DNA of 64,000 bases from a virus: the IMG/VR virus record IMGVR_UViG_3300035211_000050, positions 4,854 to 68,853 of that record. One strand, 5' to 3'. The notes beneath the pieces were generated by a model that was given only the letters and a program-made list of their open reading frames with translations, did no database searches and had not been told where the DNA came from. A program made the position numbers and the translations under genes. This document shows, in pieces, positions 9,555 to 18,499 of the stretch. How positions within the stretch are numbered: the first letter of the stretch is position 1; every line of letters begins with the position of its first letter.

Positions 9555-9878
9555 ATGATCAAATATGTAAAAATTCCTGGCTATGTTAATTTGGGTGAGT
9601 CTGAAATGTTTTCTCACCTATATCAATTCAAAGCATTAGAACCTGATGAAAATAATTATTATAATATGATCTTTATCTGGGCATATATAGGTCCAGCAAC
9701 TTTATGGCATGGAAATATTCTTGCCAAAACTAAAGAATGTATTTTTGTTGAAAAAGAGTTAGACCTTAAAGAGGCTGAAAGTATGATTGGCCCGATTAAA
9801 ATAATAAGAAATTTTAAAGAATTCATCAAAAATAATGCTTTTGAATCATCTTTTAAAGATTTTACTATTAAGGAATAA
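9555..9878 (+). CDS. hypothetical phage protein
   Basis: AAGGAG RBS before the ATG at 9555. Confidence 0.55.
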   Translation: MIKYVKIPGYVNLGESEMFSHLYQFKALEPDENNYYNMIFIWAYIGPATLWHGNILAKTKECIFVEKELDLKEAESMIGPIKIIRNFKEFIKNNAFESSFKDFTIKE

Positions 9879-9882
9879 TCAA

Positions 9883-10098
9883 ATGGCAAACAATAGATGT
9901 TACTTAGTCCAAAAAGATAATTTAAAAAATATGATTCTTTTAGCAAAATATTATCCAGATACAGGCTGGTGTTTATATCATTCAGAAGGAGAACTTACTG
10001 AATGGTTAGATTCTTTTTCTGATAAGTCTCCATATGGATTAACAAACTTTACTATTCGATTTGAAACAAATAATTTTGATGATGAGCCAGAAGTTTAG
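9883..10098 (+). CDS. hypothetical phage protein
   Basis: AAGGA RBS before the ATG at 9883. Confidence 0.55.
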   Translation: MANNRCYLVQKDNLKNMILLAKYYPDTGWCLYHSEGELTEWLDSFSDKSPYGLTNFTIRFETNNFDDEPEV

Positions 10099-10130
10099 AC
10101 AGATTAAAATTAGTTAAAAGGAAAATAATT

Positions 10131-11684
10131 ATGATAAAATATAAAGGAAAAATTCTCACAGGTGAACAGGAAGCCCATATAAATACTATCATATCAACTA
10201 ATCAAGACTTTGCAATCCAAGCACCTCCGGGTTCTGGCAAGACTTTTCTTCTATTAGCTCTAGCTAGAAAATTAAAAGGCTATGGGCTATCAATATCTTT
10301 CAATAAAATCTTGGCAGACGAAGCCAGTGGGAAGTTTTGTAATTCAGTAACAGCTAAAACTGGTCATGCTCTTGCTTATGGTGAAGTAGGCTATAAATAT
10401 AAAAGCAAGTTACGCAAATTAACAGGAAAACACCTTGCGGATACAGAGGATATCGGCGACTGGCAACCTTATAACACGCCAGCAAACAAGGGATACTTAA
10501 TCCTAAATACAATACGCAAATATTGTTATTCGGCAGACAAAGAAATTGATATTCAGCATGTTCCAAAGCTTACAATTCTGAATGAAGAAAATCTTGATCT
10601 GATGAAAGAAGATTTAATAAGTCATTCAAAAGTAATCTTTAAAAAAATGGCTAACTTATCTAATGATCTGCCAATAACTCATGATATTTACTTAAAATTA
10701 TGGGCACTTCGCAATCCGATCTTAAAAAAGGATTATATCTTTTTTGATGAATACCAAGACAGCAATCCAGTTATTGCGAATGTAATCAAAGCTCAACAAT
10801 GCCAAAAGATTTTTGTAGGTGATCAATTTCAACAAATCTATAGCTGGCGAGGTGCAGTAAATGCACTTAAAGACAAGTCATTGGACATGTTATACATTAC
10901 ACAATCTTTCCGATTTGGTCAATCCATAGCAGACATGGCTAACAAGATTATTACCAGCTATTATCCAACTGATTTTCATTATGTTCCATTTCATGGAAAT
11001 CCAGAAGTTGAGTCAACTGTGTCATATGACCATAAAGAAGTCGATTGTATCATTTGTAGGACAAATAAAACAGTAATATCTGAAACCATTAAAATGCTAT
11101 CTTCAGACAAAGAGGTTTATATTCTCGGAGGTACTTCACAGCTTGAATATCTCATAGACTCTATTCATCGCTTAAAGATTCAAGGCTATTCCAATCATCC
11201 AGACCTATTCCTTTTTAGCAGTTATGCCGATATGAAGGAATATGCCGATTCGCCCATGGGCGGAGATTTGAAACCGATCTTAAAGTTAATAGATACATAT
11301 AGTAGGGAACGCTTACTTAATATTTTAAGCTCAACTGCGCAAGATGCTTCAAAAGCTGACATAACTGTCACTACTTGCCATAAAGCAAAAGGTTTAGAAT
11401 GGCCAAGAGTTAGGCTGGCAAATGATTTTAAATCTCCAAGTGAAGATGGTATTCCATCAACTGAGGAAACCAACATTCTTTACGTAGCCGCATCCAGAGC
11501 ATTGCATAATCTTGATTTAAGCTATTGTAATGCCTGTCAGCCAGAGATATTAGAAAAGGCTCGCAAATTGAATGAAGAACAATATTTGATTGATCAGAAA
11601 GTTTCAGAACAATTTAAAATGAAAGCAAGTGATATTGCATTATTACAAAAGAAACTTGTTTTTGATAATGATCTGCCATCTTAA
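10131..11684 (+). CDS. superfamily 1 (UvrD/Rep-like) DNA helicase
   Basis: APPGSGKT, DEYQD, VGDQFQQIYSWRG, QSFRFG, TCHKAKGLEW, LYVAASRA. Confidence 0.9.
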   Translation: MIKYKGKILTGEQEAHINTIISTNQDFAIQAPPGSGKTFLLLALARKLKGYGLSISFNKILADEASGKFCNSVTAKTGHALAYGEVGYKYKSKLRKLTGKHLADTEDIGDWQPYNTPANKGYLILNTIRKYCYSADKEIDIQHVPKLTILNEENLDLMKEDLISHSKVIFKKMANLSNDLPITHDIYLKLWALRNPILKKDYIFFDEYQDSNPVIANVIKAQQCQKIFVGDQFQQIYSWRGAVNALKDKSLDMLYITQSFRFGQSIADMANKIITSYYPTDFHYVPFHGNPEVESTVSYDHKEVDCIICRTNKTVISETIKMLSSDKEVYILGGTSQLEYLIDSIHRLKIQGYSNHPDLFLFSSYADMKEYADSPMGGDLKPILKLIDTYSRERLLNILSSTAQDASKADITVTTCHKAKGLEWPRVRLANDFKSPSEDGIPSTEETNILYVAASRALHNLDLSYCNACQPEILEKARKLNEEQYLIDQKVSEQFKMKASDIALLQKKLVFDNDLPS

Positions 11685-11696
11685 CAAGGAGCCAAT

Positions 11697-12140
11697 ATGT
11701 TTGACAAATTAATCAATGTTAAAGACGATTTCAATAATGCTTTTACTATTGCAGTCTTTGCACATTTGGACCAAAAAGACAAGGCAGGAATGCCATACAT
11801 TTTACATCCAATAAGAATTTTCAACCAAGTCCATACAAATAAATCAAAAATAGCAGCACTTCTTCATGATGTCATTAAAGATTCTATTTTAACGCTTGAA
11901 AAATTAAAGCCTTACTTTTCTGAAGATATTATTGAAGCTTTAGATGCTCTTACAAGACGAAAAGGAGAAGAATATCAGGATTATTTAGCCAGAGTTAAAG
12001 AAAATGCACTTGCAATGAAGATAAAATATTTTGATTTGAAACATAATCTAAATCCTGAAAGATTAAAACAACTAAAACTTTCTACAAGAGTCAGACTTAA
12101 TAGGAAATATGACGAGGCTCTAAAATATCTATTAAGTTAA
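11697..12140 (+). CDS. HD-domain RelA/SpoT-type hydrolase-like protein
   Basis: AH..Q.DK.G.PYI.HP, AALLHDV, DLKHN; the usual HDxxED reads HDVIKD. Confidence 0.75.
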   Translation: MFDKLINVKDDFNNAFTIAVFAHLDQKDKAGMPYILHPIRIFNQVHTNKSKIAALLHDVIKDSILTLEKLKPYFSEDIIEALDALTRRKGEEYQDYLARVKENALAMKIKYFDLKHNLNPERLKQLKLSTRVRLNRKYDEALKYLLS

Positions 12141-12191
12141 CCTTTTAAGATAAAGCCTGCCTCAAAATAAATAAAATATTTTAAAAAGTTG

Positions 12192-12220
12192 TTGACAAAA
12201 GCCGTAAAAAAAGCTATATT
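12192..12220 (+). promoter_or_regulatory. sigma70-type promoter
   Basis: TTGACA-N17-TATATT with an AT-rich UP-like region upstream. Confidence 0.75.
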
Positions 12221-12358
12221 TGTCCGGTTATATATACAAAAGGAGTGTTTTTAAGGCAAATTGATTTGGTTATTTTTAGTTTGGGCATCGTGTCCATTTA
12301 GCGCGCTGATAGGATTCAGCATATTATTAACTTTTTTATTTTTTAAAGGAGATAGCTT

Positions 12359-12748
12359 ATGAGTCAAATTAAAGTCGTTTCAAATGCAGCAGGCAGGGAA
12401 ATTTCAATAGATGAGCCGGTAGTTCTAGGACTCACAACTATTGAGGATCTTGTCGAATCACTCGGCGAAGATCTTGCAGTAAACATGATCAAGAATCAGC
12501 TCAAAGTATCTTTCAGAGCCGTCATTCGAAGGAAGCTTGAAGAAAAAGACGACAATGAAGAATTTGCTAATAGCGATGAAGCCATTCTTGCCGATGATTA
12601 TTCTGACTGGAAACCTACCCTGAGAGTTACCAAATCTGCCGAGGAAAAAGCAATGGAAGCTCTTGGAAATCTGCCGCCTGACGTCAGAGAGGCCGTTCTG
12701 GCAAACTTTGCAAATTCAGAAAATGATGCTGAGGAGATCGAGGAATAA
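12359..12748 (+). CDS. acidic hypothetical protein, probably highly expressed
   Basis: First gene after the consensus promoter; AAGGAG RBS; higher-GC codons. Confidence 0.75.
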   Translation: MSQIKVVSNAAGREISIDEPVVLGLTTIEDLVESLGEDLAVNMIKNQLKVSFRAVIRRKLEEKDDNEEFANSDEAILADDYSDWKPTLRVTKSAEEKAMEALGNLPPDVREAVLANFANSENDAEEIEE

Positions 12749-12767
12749 TCTCCAGACCTGGGAGGGT

Positions 12768-13054
12768 ATGTCTTTATATTTCCTGATGTAAAGACATTAA
12801 AAAAATACTGGAACATATGATAGAGCGATTATAACATGGTACCCAGTCCTAACAGCTAATCTTATGTTGGTTTTAAACCAGGTAGCCAGATATACCTGAC
12901 TCTGGCAAATCAAATAATAAGCTCCTGCGATTATAAAAGATTGCCACTTACCAAAAGGCTCAAAGGAGCTTATTATTTTAACTAAGTGAGTATGACCAGA
13001 GGTAAGTGTACTGCGCAGTGGCCACTTTAACGCAAGGCGTGACGTCATACTCAC
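12768..13054 (+). ncRNA. putative multi-domain structured RNA
   Basis: 12-, 15- and 11-bp stems plus cross-domain 8-nt complementarity (12945-12952 with 13001-13008). Confidence 0.5.
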
Positions 13055-13077
13055 ATTATTTTTAAGGAAGGAGTGTT

Positions 13078-13320
13078 ATGCCAGATATCGAAGAAAGAAT
13101 AAAAGATATTATAAGTTATTTCTTTCAAGTACCAAAAGAGAATCTTTTCTTAACAACATCTTTTATTATTGATCTTGGAGCAGATTCTTTTGATCTTATT
13201 GAAATTGCTATGGAAATAGAAGAAGAATATGATATTTCCATTCCTAATCCTGATGAATTCTCTATAATTGAAGACCTCATAAAATTCATTAATAAAGAAA
13301 TAGCTCGTCCCAGCAAATAA
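13078..13320 (+). CDS. acpP: acyl carrier protein
   Basis: IEERIKDII...DLGADSFDLIEIAMEIEEEYDISIP; phosphopantetheine Ser retained. Confidence 0.9.
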   Translation: MPDIEERIKDIISYFFQVPKENLFLTTSFIIDLGADSFDLIEIAMEIEEEYDISIPNPDEFSIIEDLIKFINKEIARPSK

Positions 13321-13322
13321 TT

Positions 13323-14347
13323 TTTGAAAGGAATTTTCAAATGGATTATAGAAAGAAAATAGATTATTCATCCCTGTCAACTTACATGTCTTGTCCAAGA
13401 GAATTCCTCTTTCAATATGTTATGAATCTCCGGCCTTTAGGACAATCCATCCATTTAGTATTCGGTTCCTGCTGGCATTACGGCCTTGAAGTAACTTACA
13501 ATCTACTTAAAGAAAATCCAAAATTAACATCATTAGACTGTGCTATAAGTTCTATCAAAGCTTTCAACGCTTTATGGGAATTAGACGGCGCTCCATTTTG
13601 GAAAAATGAAGATATAATATTTCCAAAATCTCCAGGCCATGCAGCAAATATGTATAAAGCCTATTGGGATAGATTCTTAAAGCATGATATAGAACAACAT
13701 TCAATCATCGGTGTAGAAGTTCCATTTGCAATTGATTTATCTTTATATGAAAAAGGTCTTCCTAATTATACAGGTAAAATCGATTTAATATTATCCAATG
13801 GTGCTAATGGAATAGATATTATAGATCACAAAACAGCTAAAGCCATATATAAAACCAGCCCACAAACATATGAAATGTCTTTCCAGTCAGATGGTTATCT
13901 AACTGCCGGCAGAATCTACTATGATAAAATTCCATCAATTACTTATCGGATAGCCCTCTGTCAAAAATCAAAGATTGACTTTCATCCAATTATTGTTAAT
14001 AAACGAGCTGCAGCAATTGATCACTTCTTAAATAATCTGATTCATTATAGTAAAGAGATTTATAATAATCTAAATTTATTTGAGGAAGATAAGATAGCCT
14101 GCAAAGATCGTAAAGATATTTTAAAATCATTTCCTCGCTGTCCGGGATATTCATGCACAACATTCAGCACTGTCTGTGCTTATCATGATTTATGTGTCTT
14201 ACGAAATAATCCATTACTTTGGATTGATCGGGCGCCCCAAGGATTTCATTTTGATGAGTGGGACCCTGACAAAGTAGATGCAAAAACAAAGAAAAGATTA
14301 GCAGAGGTATTAAAATAATAACTTAATTTGAAAGGAATTTTCAAATG
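13323..14347 (+). repeat. 21-nt direct repeat tttgaaaggaattttcaaatg (13323-13343 and 14327-14347), each a hairpin holding the RBS
   Basis: Exact match; 7-8-bp stem with GGAAT loop, overlapping the start codons. Confidence 0.8.
13341..14318 (+). CDS. Cas4-like PD-(D/E)XK exonuclease
   Basis: DYSSL..Y..CPR, GKIDLI, IIDHKT, C-terminal C..C..C..C cluster. Confidence 0.85.
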   Translation: MDYRKKIDYSSLSTYMSCPREFLFQYVMNLRPLGQSIHLVFGSCWHYGLEVTYNLLKENPKLTSLDCAISSIKAFNALWELDGAPFWKNEDIIFPKSPGHAANMYKAYWDRFLKHDIEQHSIIGVEVPFAIDLSLYEKGLPNYTGKIDLILSNGANGIDIIDHKTAKAIYKTSPQTYEMSFQSDGYLTAGRIYYDKIPSITYRIALCQKSKIDFHPIIVNKRAAAIDHFLNNLIHYSKEIYNNLNLFEEDKIACKDRKDILKSFPRCPGYSCTTFSTVCAYHDLCVLRNNPLLWIDRAPQGFHFDEWDPDKVDAKTKKRLAEVLK

Positions 14348-15028
14348 ATCTCACTTATTTGTTTTGAAAGTGATTTATTAATACCAAAAGAAGAAGCAGA
14401 GAAGTTAAATCTCAAGTATGAAATACCAAGTAATTTTGGCTACAATAATTCCGGACAATTAGAAATAATGAATTCTTGGGATTATTTTAAAGATGATTGT
14501 ATTGAAAAAAATGGAAAGTATTATAAAAATCAGGCAGAGTTGGAAAAAGAAAAACCAGCACCAATTTCTAACTATAATCTTTATACAAAATATACAAGTG
14601 ATATTGATTATGCATTAGTAAAACAAGATAATCATTTAGTTGATTTAAATATTTTTGCTCCAAAGTGTAAATACAAATTCTTTCTTAAAGAAACTATTAG
14701 ATCAGAAGAGCCGACAATAAATAATATTCAAATCATTTTACATACACTTGAGGAAAAAGCAGCAAAATTAATCAGCTTAGTAGATGAGATTCAAAACACT
14801 ACCTTTAATTCAAAAACTAATGTTCATGTAGGCGGTGGATTGATTACAACATATAATGATTTAAAGTTAAAAGAAAATGCTTGCACAGATGAATTGCAAA
14901 CAGAACTCAATAATGGCTGGCGAATAATAGCTGCATGCGTCCAACCAAATCAGCGCCGGCCTGATTATATTCTTGGCCGGTACAATCCACAACTTGAAGT
15001 AGATAGTAAACCAAATGCGGATAGATAA
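14345..15028 (+). CDS. conserved hypothetical phage protein
   Basis: C-terminal CTDELQ..L..GWRIIA.C.QP.QRRPDYILGR block. Confidence 0.65.
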   Translation: MISLICFESDLLIPKEEAEKLNLKYEIPSNFGYNNSGQLEIMNSWDYFKDDCIEKNGKYYKNQAELEKEKPAPISNYNLYTKYTSDIDYALVKQDNHLVDLNIFAPKCKYKFFLKETIRSEEPTINNIQIILHTLEEKAAKLISLVDEIQNTTFNSKTNVHVGGGLITTYNDLKLKENACTDELQTELNNGWRIIAACVQPNQRRPDYILGRYNPQLEVDSKPNADR

Positions 15029-15074
15029 ATTATGTTATTTTATATTTTACTATTATTATTAGGATGGTTATTAA

Positions 15075-15317
15075 ATGAATAAAGTATCTTTATATCTTTC
15101 TCCAAAACAAGTAAAACATATGATTATGGGTCTAGCTGATTTACCACAAGAATATGATTTTAATACTATGAATGGACGGCTAGAAATAATCATTTCACAA
15201 GAAAAGAATCTTTTAGAAAAAGCCAAATTGCAAGAGTTCTTACGAGAAAGATTTTCCTTGCCTGAAAGAATGGAAAATAATCAGCAAATAATTAAAACCT
15301 ATACAAAGAGTTCATAA
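15075..15317 (+). CDS. hypothetical phage protein
   Basis: ORF in gene run. Confidence 0.55.
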   Translation: MNKVSLYLSPKQVKHMIMGLADLPQEYDFNTMNGRLEIIISQEKNLLEKAKLQEFLRERFSLPERMENNQQIIKTYTKSS

Positions 15318-15638
15318 ATGGATACTTTTCAAAAAGAAGTTATAACGACAACCATTCGACATATGTTTGAAAGTGCTAATTTTAGTATTTGTACTATTGA
15401 TAGCTGTTTAAAAATTACTGGAGCAATTCCAAACAAAAATGATTACAATGCTCTAAGTGCTTTACATTGCATTAAGTGGAATGAAATGTCTGAAAAGCTC
15501 AGGCAAGAAGTATATGAGAAAACAATCGCAATGCTTTCAGGTAATGGCTTTGATTTATCAACAATTGAATTATCTTTTAATCAACAAGAGGGAGTCTTTG
15601 AGACATCAAAAAGAAAAAGATTTCGTTTATTAGGATAA
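15318..15638 (+). CDS. hypothetical phage protein
   Basis: ORF coupled to the upstream stop. Confidence 0.6.
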   Translation: MDTFQKEVITTTIRHMFESANFSICTIDSCLKITGAIPNKNDYNALSALHCIKWNEMSEKLRQEVYEKTIAMLSGNGFDLSTIELSFNQQEGVFETSKRKRFRLLG

Positions 15639-15642
15639 TACG

Positions 15643-16005
15643 ATGAAAAATAAAGAACTTAATAGATGGCTTGCTGAAAATGTAATGAACTATCATGATA
15701 ATAATGGATATAAAGATGGCGGTTATTTATGGTGGTTTGAAGAATACATGAAAGCCTTTCCTTTAATAAGACAACAAGAATGGACACCAACAACTAATAT
15801 ATCTCAAGCATTCATGTGTCTTGAAGAAATTCTTATTAGAAGTTGGGAGTTAAGAAAAACATCTGGTGGTGAAAAAATTCAATATCATTGCCATTATGAT
15901 TATGGAAAACATACATCAGAAGATACAATAGAAATGGCTATATGTATGGCAGCTTATTGTGCAAAATCAGGCAAGTCCAGATTTACTTTACATTCTATTA
16001 AATAA
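15643..16005 (+). CDS. phage ABA-sandwich-like domain protein
   Basis: LNRWLAENVM...WTPTTNISQAF...MAICMAA pattern. Confidence 0.55.
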   Translation: MKNKELNRWLAENVMNYHDNNGYKDGGYLWWFEEYMKAFPLIRQQEWTPTTNISQAFMCLEEILIRSWELRKTSGGEKIQYHCHYDYGKHTSEDTIEMAICMAAYCAKSGKSRFTLHSIK

Positions 16006-16164
16006 TTAAGGAGTTAAATAATATGGTAAATTTATTTCAAATGGAAAGAATGGGAATTCCATATAATAATGCTGATAGTCTTAAAAGAGTTAATAATAAA
16101 GAAGATTATGAAATAAAAATTTTAAAAGAAAAACTTAAAGAGAAATCTAATAAGGAGCCACAAA

Positions 16165-16947
16165 ATGACGGACCAGCCAAAATTTAATAAGAAACCACTT
16201 GCAGAAAAGCCTCGTAAGTTTGATCTCAAATTCTTACTTACGGGCAATTCAGGTAGCGGAAAGACCCACTTAACAGCAACTTATGATCTAGGTCCGATTC
16301 ATTATTATATGATAGATAAAGGAGGCGAAAAGACCATAGAGAAAATTGCAAAGAATCGAAAAGATATTACAATAGATAATTTCTCTGCAAATGATATAAA
16401 GTTCTCAGACTTCTGGAAACAATTCCAAGAAGATGAAAAGGCAGGATTCTTTGATTGGCTGGCTGAAAATAACGGTTTGTTAGTTTATGATTCTTTAACT
16501 AATGCCAACAAGAAAGCTATTGCAGAGATCGAAAAGAAATCAGGAATAACTCCATCAGGAATTGGCAAAGCTATTGATATGAAAAAAGGTATGGCTCAAC
16601 CACATTGGGGACAGCTTCTTAACTGGATGACAACTTTAGTAACTGCCTTACAAGAACTTCCATGTGCCGTAGCAGTTACAGTCCATCTTCATACCTTGAT
16701 GAATAGTGATCAAGAAGTTGTTGCTCGATATCCTGCTGTTAATGGGCAGTTCAGGCAAACTTTAGCTACTGATTTTGATGAAGCATATCTTCTTACTGCC
16801 AAAGGAGATAAGCGTGTAATCTATTTTACAGAAAAACTTTCTTTTGAAGCCAAGTCAAGAGTATTTGATATGACTAAAATTGAGGGAGCTACAATGAATG
16901 ATATTGCTAAAGCTTATTTGGCTGGCAAGACTAAGATTCAACCATAA
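16165..16947 (+). CDS. AAA_24 / Sak4-like P-loop ATPase (recombinase candidate)
   Basis: GNSGSGKT Walker A, LVYDSLT Walker B; context with Cas4-like nuclease and DUF669. Confidence 0.75.
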   Translation: MTDQPKFNKKPLAEKPRKFDLKFLLTGNSGSGKTHLTATYDLGPIHYYMIDKGGEKTIEKIAKNRKDITIDNFSANDIKFSDFWKQFQEDEKAGFFDWLAENNGLLVYDSLTNANKKAIAEIEKKSGITPSGIGKAIDMKKGMAQPHWGQLLNWMTTLVTALQELPCAVAVTVHLHTLMNSDQEVVARYPAVNGQFRQTLATDFDEAYLLTAKGDKRVIYFTEKLSFEAKSRVFDMTKIEGATMNDIAKAYLAGKTKIQP

Positions 16948-16965
16948 ATTAAGTTTGGATAACAA

Positions 16966-17187
16966 ATGATAACTAGTGGTTATAATGTATTAGCTCCTGG
17001 AATAAAAGCATTCGTAGAATTTCATGATTGTACTTATCAACAAAGTACCCATAAAGCTTTTTGTTGTTTTAAAGATAATAAAATTGAAATAGATAAAGAA
17101 TCTATTTTATTAGAAGCAGCAAAGGAGAATTATAAAGGAGCATTGGCTATAGTATTAAAAGCTATTACAAAAGCAAAGGCGCAATAA
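16966..17187 (+). CDS. small inserted cargo ORF
   Basis: Lies between the AAA gene and a relic of its 3' end. Confidence 0.55.
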   Translation: MITSGYNVLAPGIKAFVEFHDCTYQQSTHKAFCCFKDNKIEIDKESILLEAAKENYKGALAIVLKAITKAKAQ

Positions 17188-17237
17188 TGGGCAATCTCGC
17201 TAAGGCTTACTTTGCAGGCAAAACAGTTATTAATTAA
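17178..17237 (+). pseudogene. relic 3' end of an orthologous AAA ATPase allele (GAIMGNLAKAYFAGKTVIN*)
   Basis: Matches the live end GATMNDIAKAYLAGKTKIQP*; core differences at third codon positions. Confidence 0.75.
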
Positions 17238-17254
17238 GGAGTAAAATAATTATC

Positions 17255-17482
17255 ATGCAAGATGGGACAGCAGTTGGAATATTATTAGATATTAATTGGA
17301 CATTAACAACAATTCTTGTAGCAAAAGTACTTGATGAAGAAGAAACAAATCTTTTTTTCAATATATGTAGAGAAAGACTTCTTGAACAAAATTTTTTATC
17401 ATCAGACATAGACGAGATAATAAACACTTTAAAAGAAAGTATTAATAAAATAAGGAGAGGTTATGAAAAGATGGGTAAATGA
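17255..17482 (+). CDS. hypothetical phage protein
   Basis: AAGGAG RBS. Confidence 0.55.
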   Translation: MQDGTAVGILLDINWTLTTILVAKVLDEEETNLFFNICRERLLEQNFLSSDIDEIINTLKESINKIRRGYEKMGK

Positions 17483-17786
17483 TTATAAAATTGCGGAAAG
17501 GGTTTATAAAGGCTACCGGCCTGTAATTCCATTAGAAATTAAAAAAGTTAGTCTTGAACGAGATGATATGGCAATTCTAATGGAAATGCCGGATGCAGAT
17601 TATAAAAGTAATCAAGAGAATAATCAGATCATAAATGATACTCGTTCTCCAGGAGGTGGGTTTGATTTAACTCGTTATGTTCAACAGGAATTTAGAGTAA
17701 AAATAATGAATCTTTCTGCTTTTTGGTTCTTAAAAGTTTTTATTAGAAAGTTTTTTAATAAAAATTATATACCAAAATTTAATTAA
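17463..17786 (+). CDS. hypothetical phage protein
   Basis: AGGAGAGG RBS. Confidence 0.55.
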   Translation: MKRWVNDYKIAERVYKGYRPVIPLEIKKVSLERDDMAILMEMPDADYKSNQENNQIINDTRSPGGGFDLTRYVQQEFRVKIMNLSAFWFLKVFIRKFFNKNYIPKFN

Positions 17787-17798
17787 GGAGAAAAAATA

Positions 17799-18020
17799 AT
17801 GGAAGCATTTGCAGATTATAGAACTGTAGAACAGGAAATTGTAAATAATTTATCTTTTCTTATTAAAATAAAAATGAATTTACTACATGTAGAACAAGTA
17901 TCTCCAGGATGTAATCCTGATGATATGGATGATAAAATTAAACTTTATAAAAAACAAATAAATTTTTTACTTCATATGCGCCAAGAATTTGAATGCATAA
18001 TGACTGATGTAATACTTTAA
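17799..18020 (+). CDS. hypothetical phage protein
   Basis: AAGGAG RBS. Confidence 0.6.
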   Translation: MEAFADYRTVEQEIVNNLSFLIKIKMNLLHVEQVSPGCNPDDMDDKIKLYKKQINFLLHMRQEFECIMTDVIL

Positions 18021-18033
18021 AAGGAATTATCTT

Positions 18034-18267
18034 ATGCCAAGAATAGCACGTTTAATAATTTATGAAGGTTCAGATATTGATTTAGCAAAGCAATTAGCTC
18101 AATCAATGCCTGAAGGAATTAATGAAAAATCTAAAGTGAAAATAACTATTATAAAATTATCGAAAGAGCCAGTATTAAATGCTTTTGTGGAAGGAGCATT
18201 AATAGAACTTCAAGGTGAGTCAAAAGAACCTTTAATATCTGATCCAATTGATTTATTAAAGAAATAA
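18034..18267 (+). CDS. hypothetical phage protein
   Basis: AAGGA RBS. Confidence 0.6.
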   Translation: MPRIARLIIYEGSDIDLAKQLAQSMPEGINEKSKVKITIIKLSKEPVLNAFVEGALIELQGESKEPLISDPIDLLKK

Positions 18268-18292
18268 ATAAAATATAATAAAGGAGAATAAT

Positions 18293-18499
18293 ATGGAAAA
18301 AACTAAAGGAAAAGAGTTTAAATTGTTATTAAAAGTTGAAGCACCAGTTGGAGGAAGAAAATCGACAACTTTAAAAGAATTAAAACATATACTAAATAAG
18401 AGTTCTTTTTTTACTCCACATAATATTGATTTTGAAAAGCATACTATGGAAATCACATATCACGAATATTCAAAAGAAGAATTACAAAAAAGTTCTTAA
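18293..18499 (+). CDS. hypothetical protein (degenerate P-loop-like APVGGRKST)
   Basis: AAGGAG RBS. Confidence 0.55.
   Translation: MEKTKGKEFKLLLKVEAPVGGRKSTTLKELKHILNKSSFFTPHNIDFEKHTMEITYHEYSKEELQKSS

Noticed and set aside
9555-10160. Shared N-termini MIKYVKI / MIKYKGKI as a 5'-end duplication
   Set aside because: Only four residues match; compatible with chance.
12768-13054. tRNA, tmRNA or hammerhead ribozyme
   Set aside because: No T-loop GTTCRA with cloverleaf spacing and no CCA-type end; ctgatgt is not the CUGANGA core and there is no matching GAAA.
13341-14318. CRISPR-Cas locus suggested by the Cas4-like gene
   Set aside because: No repeat-spacer array or other cas genes; the context is a phage recombination module.
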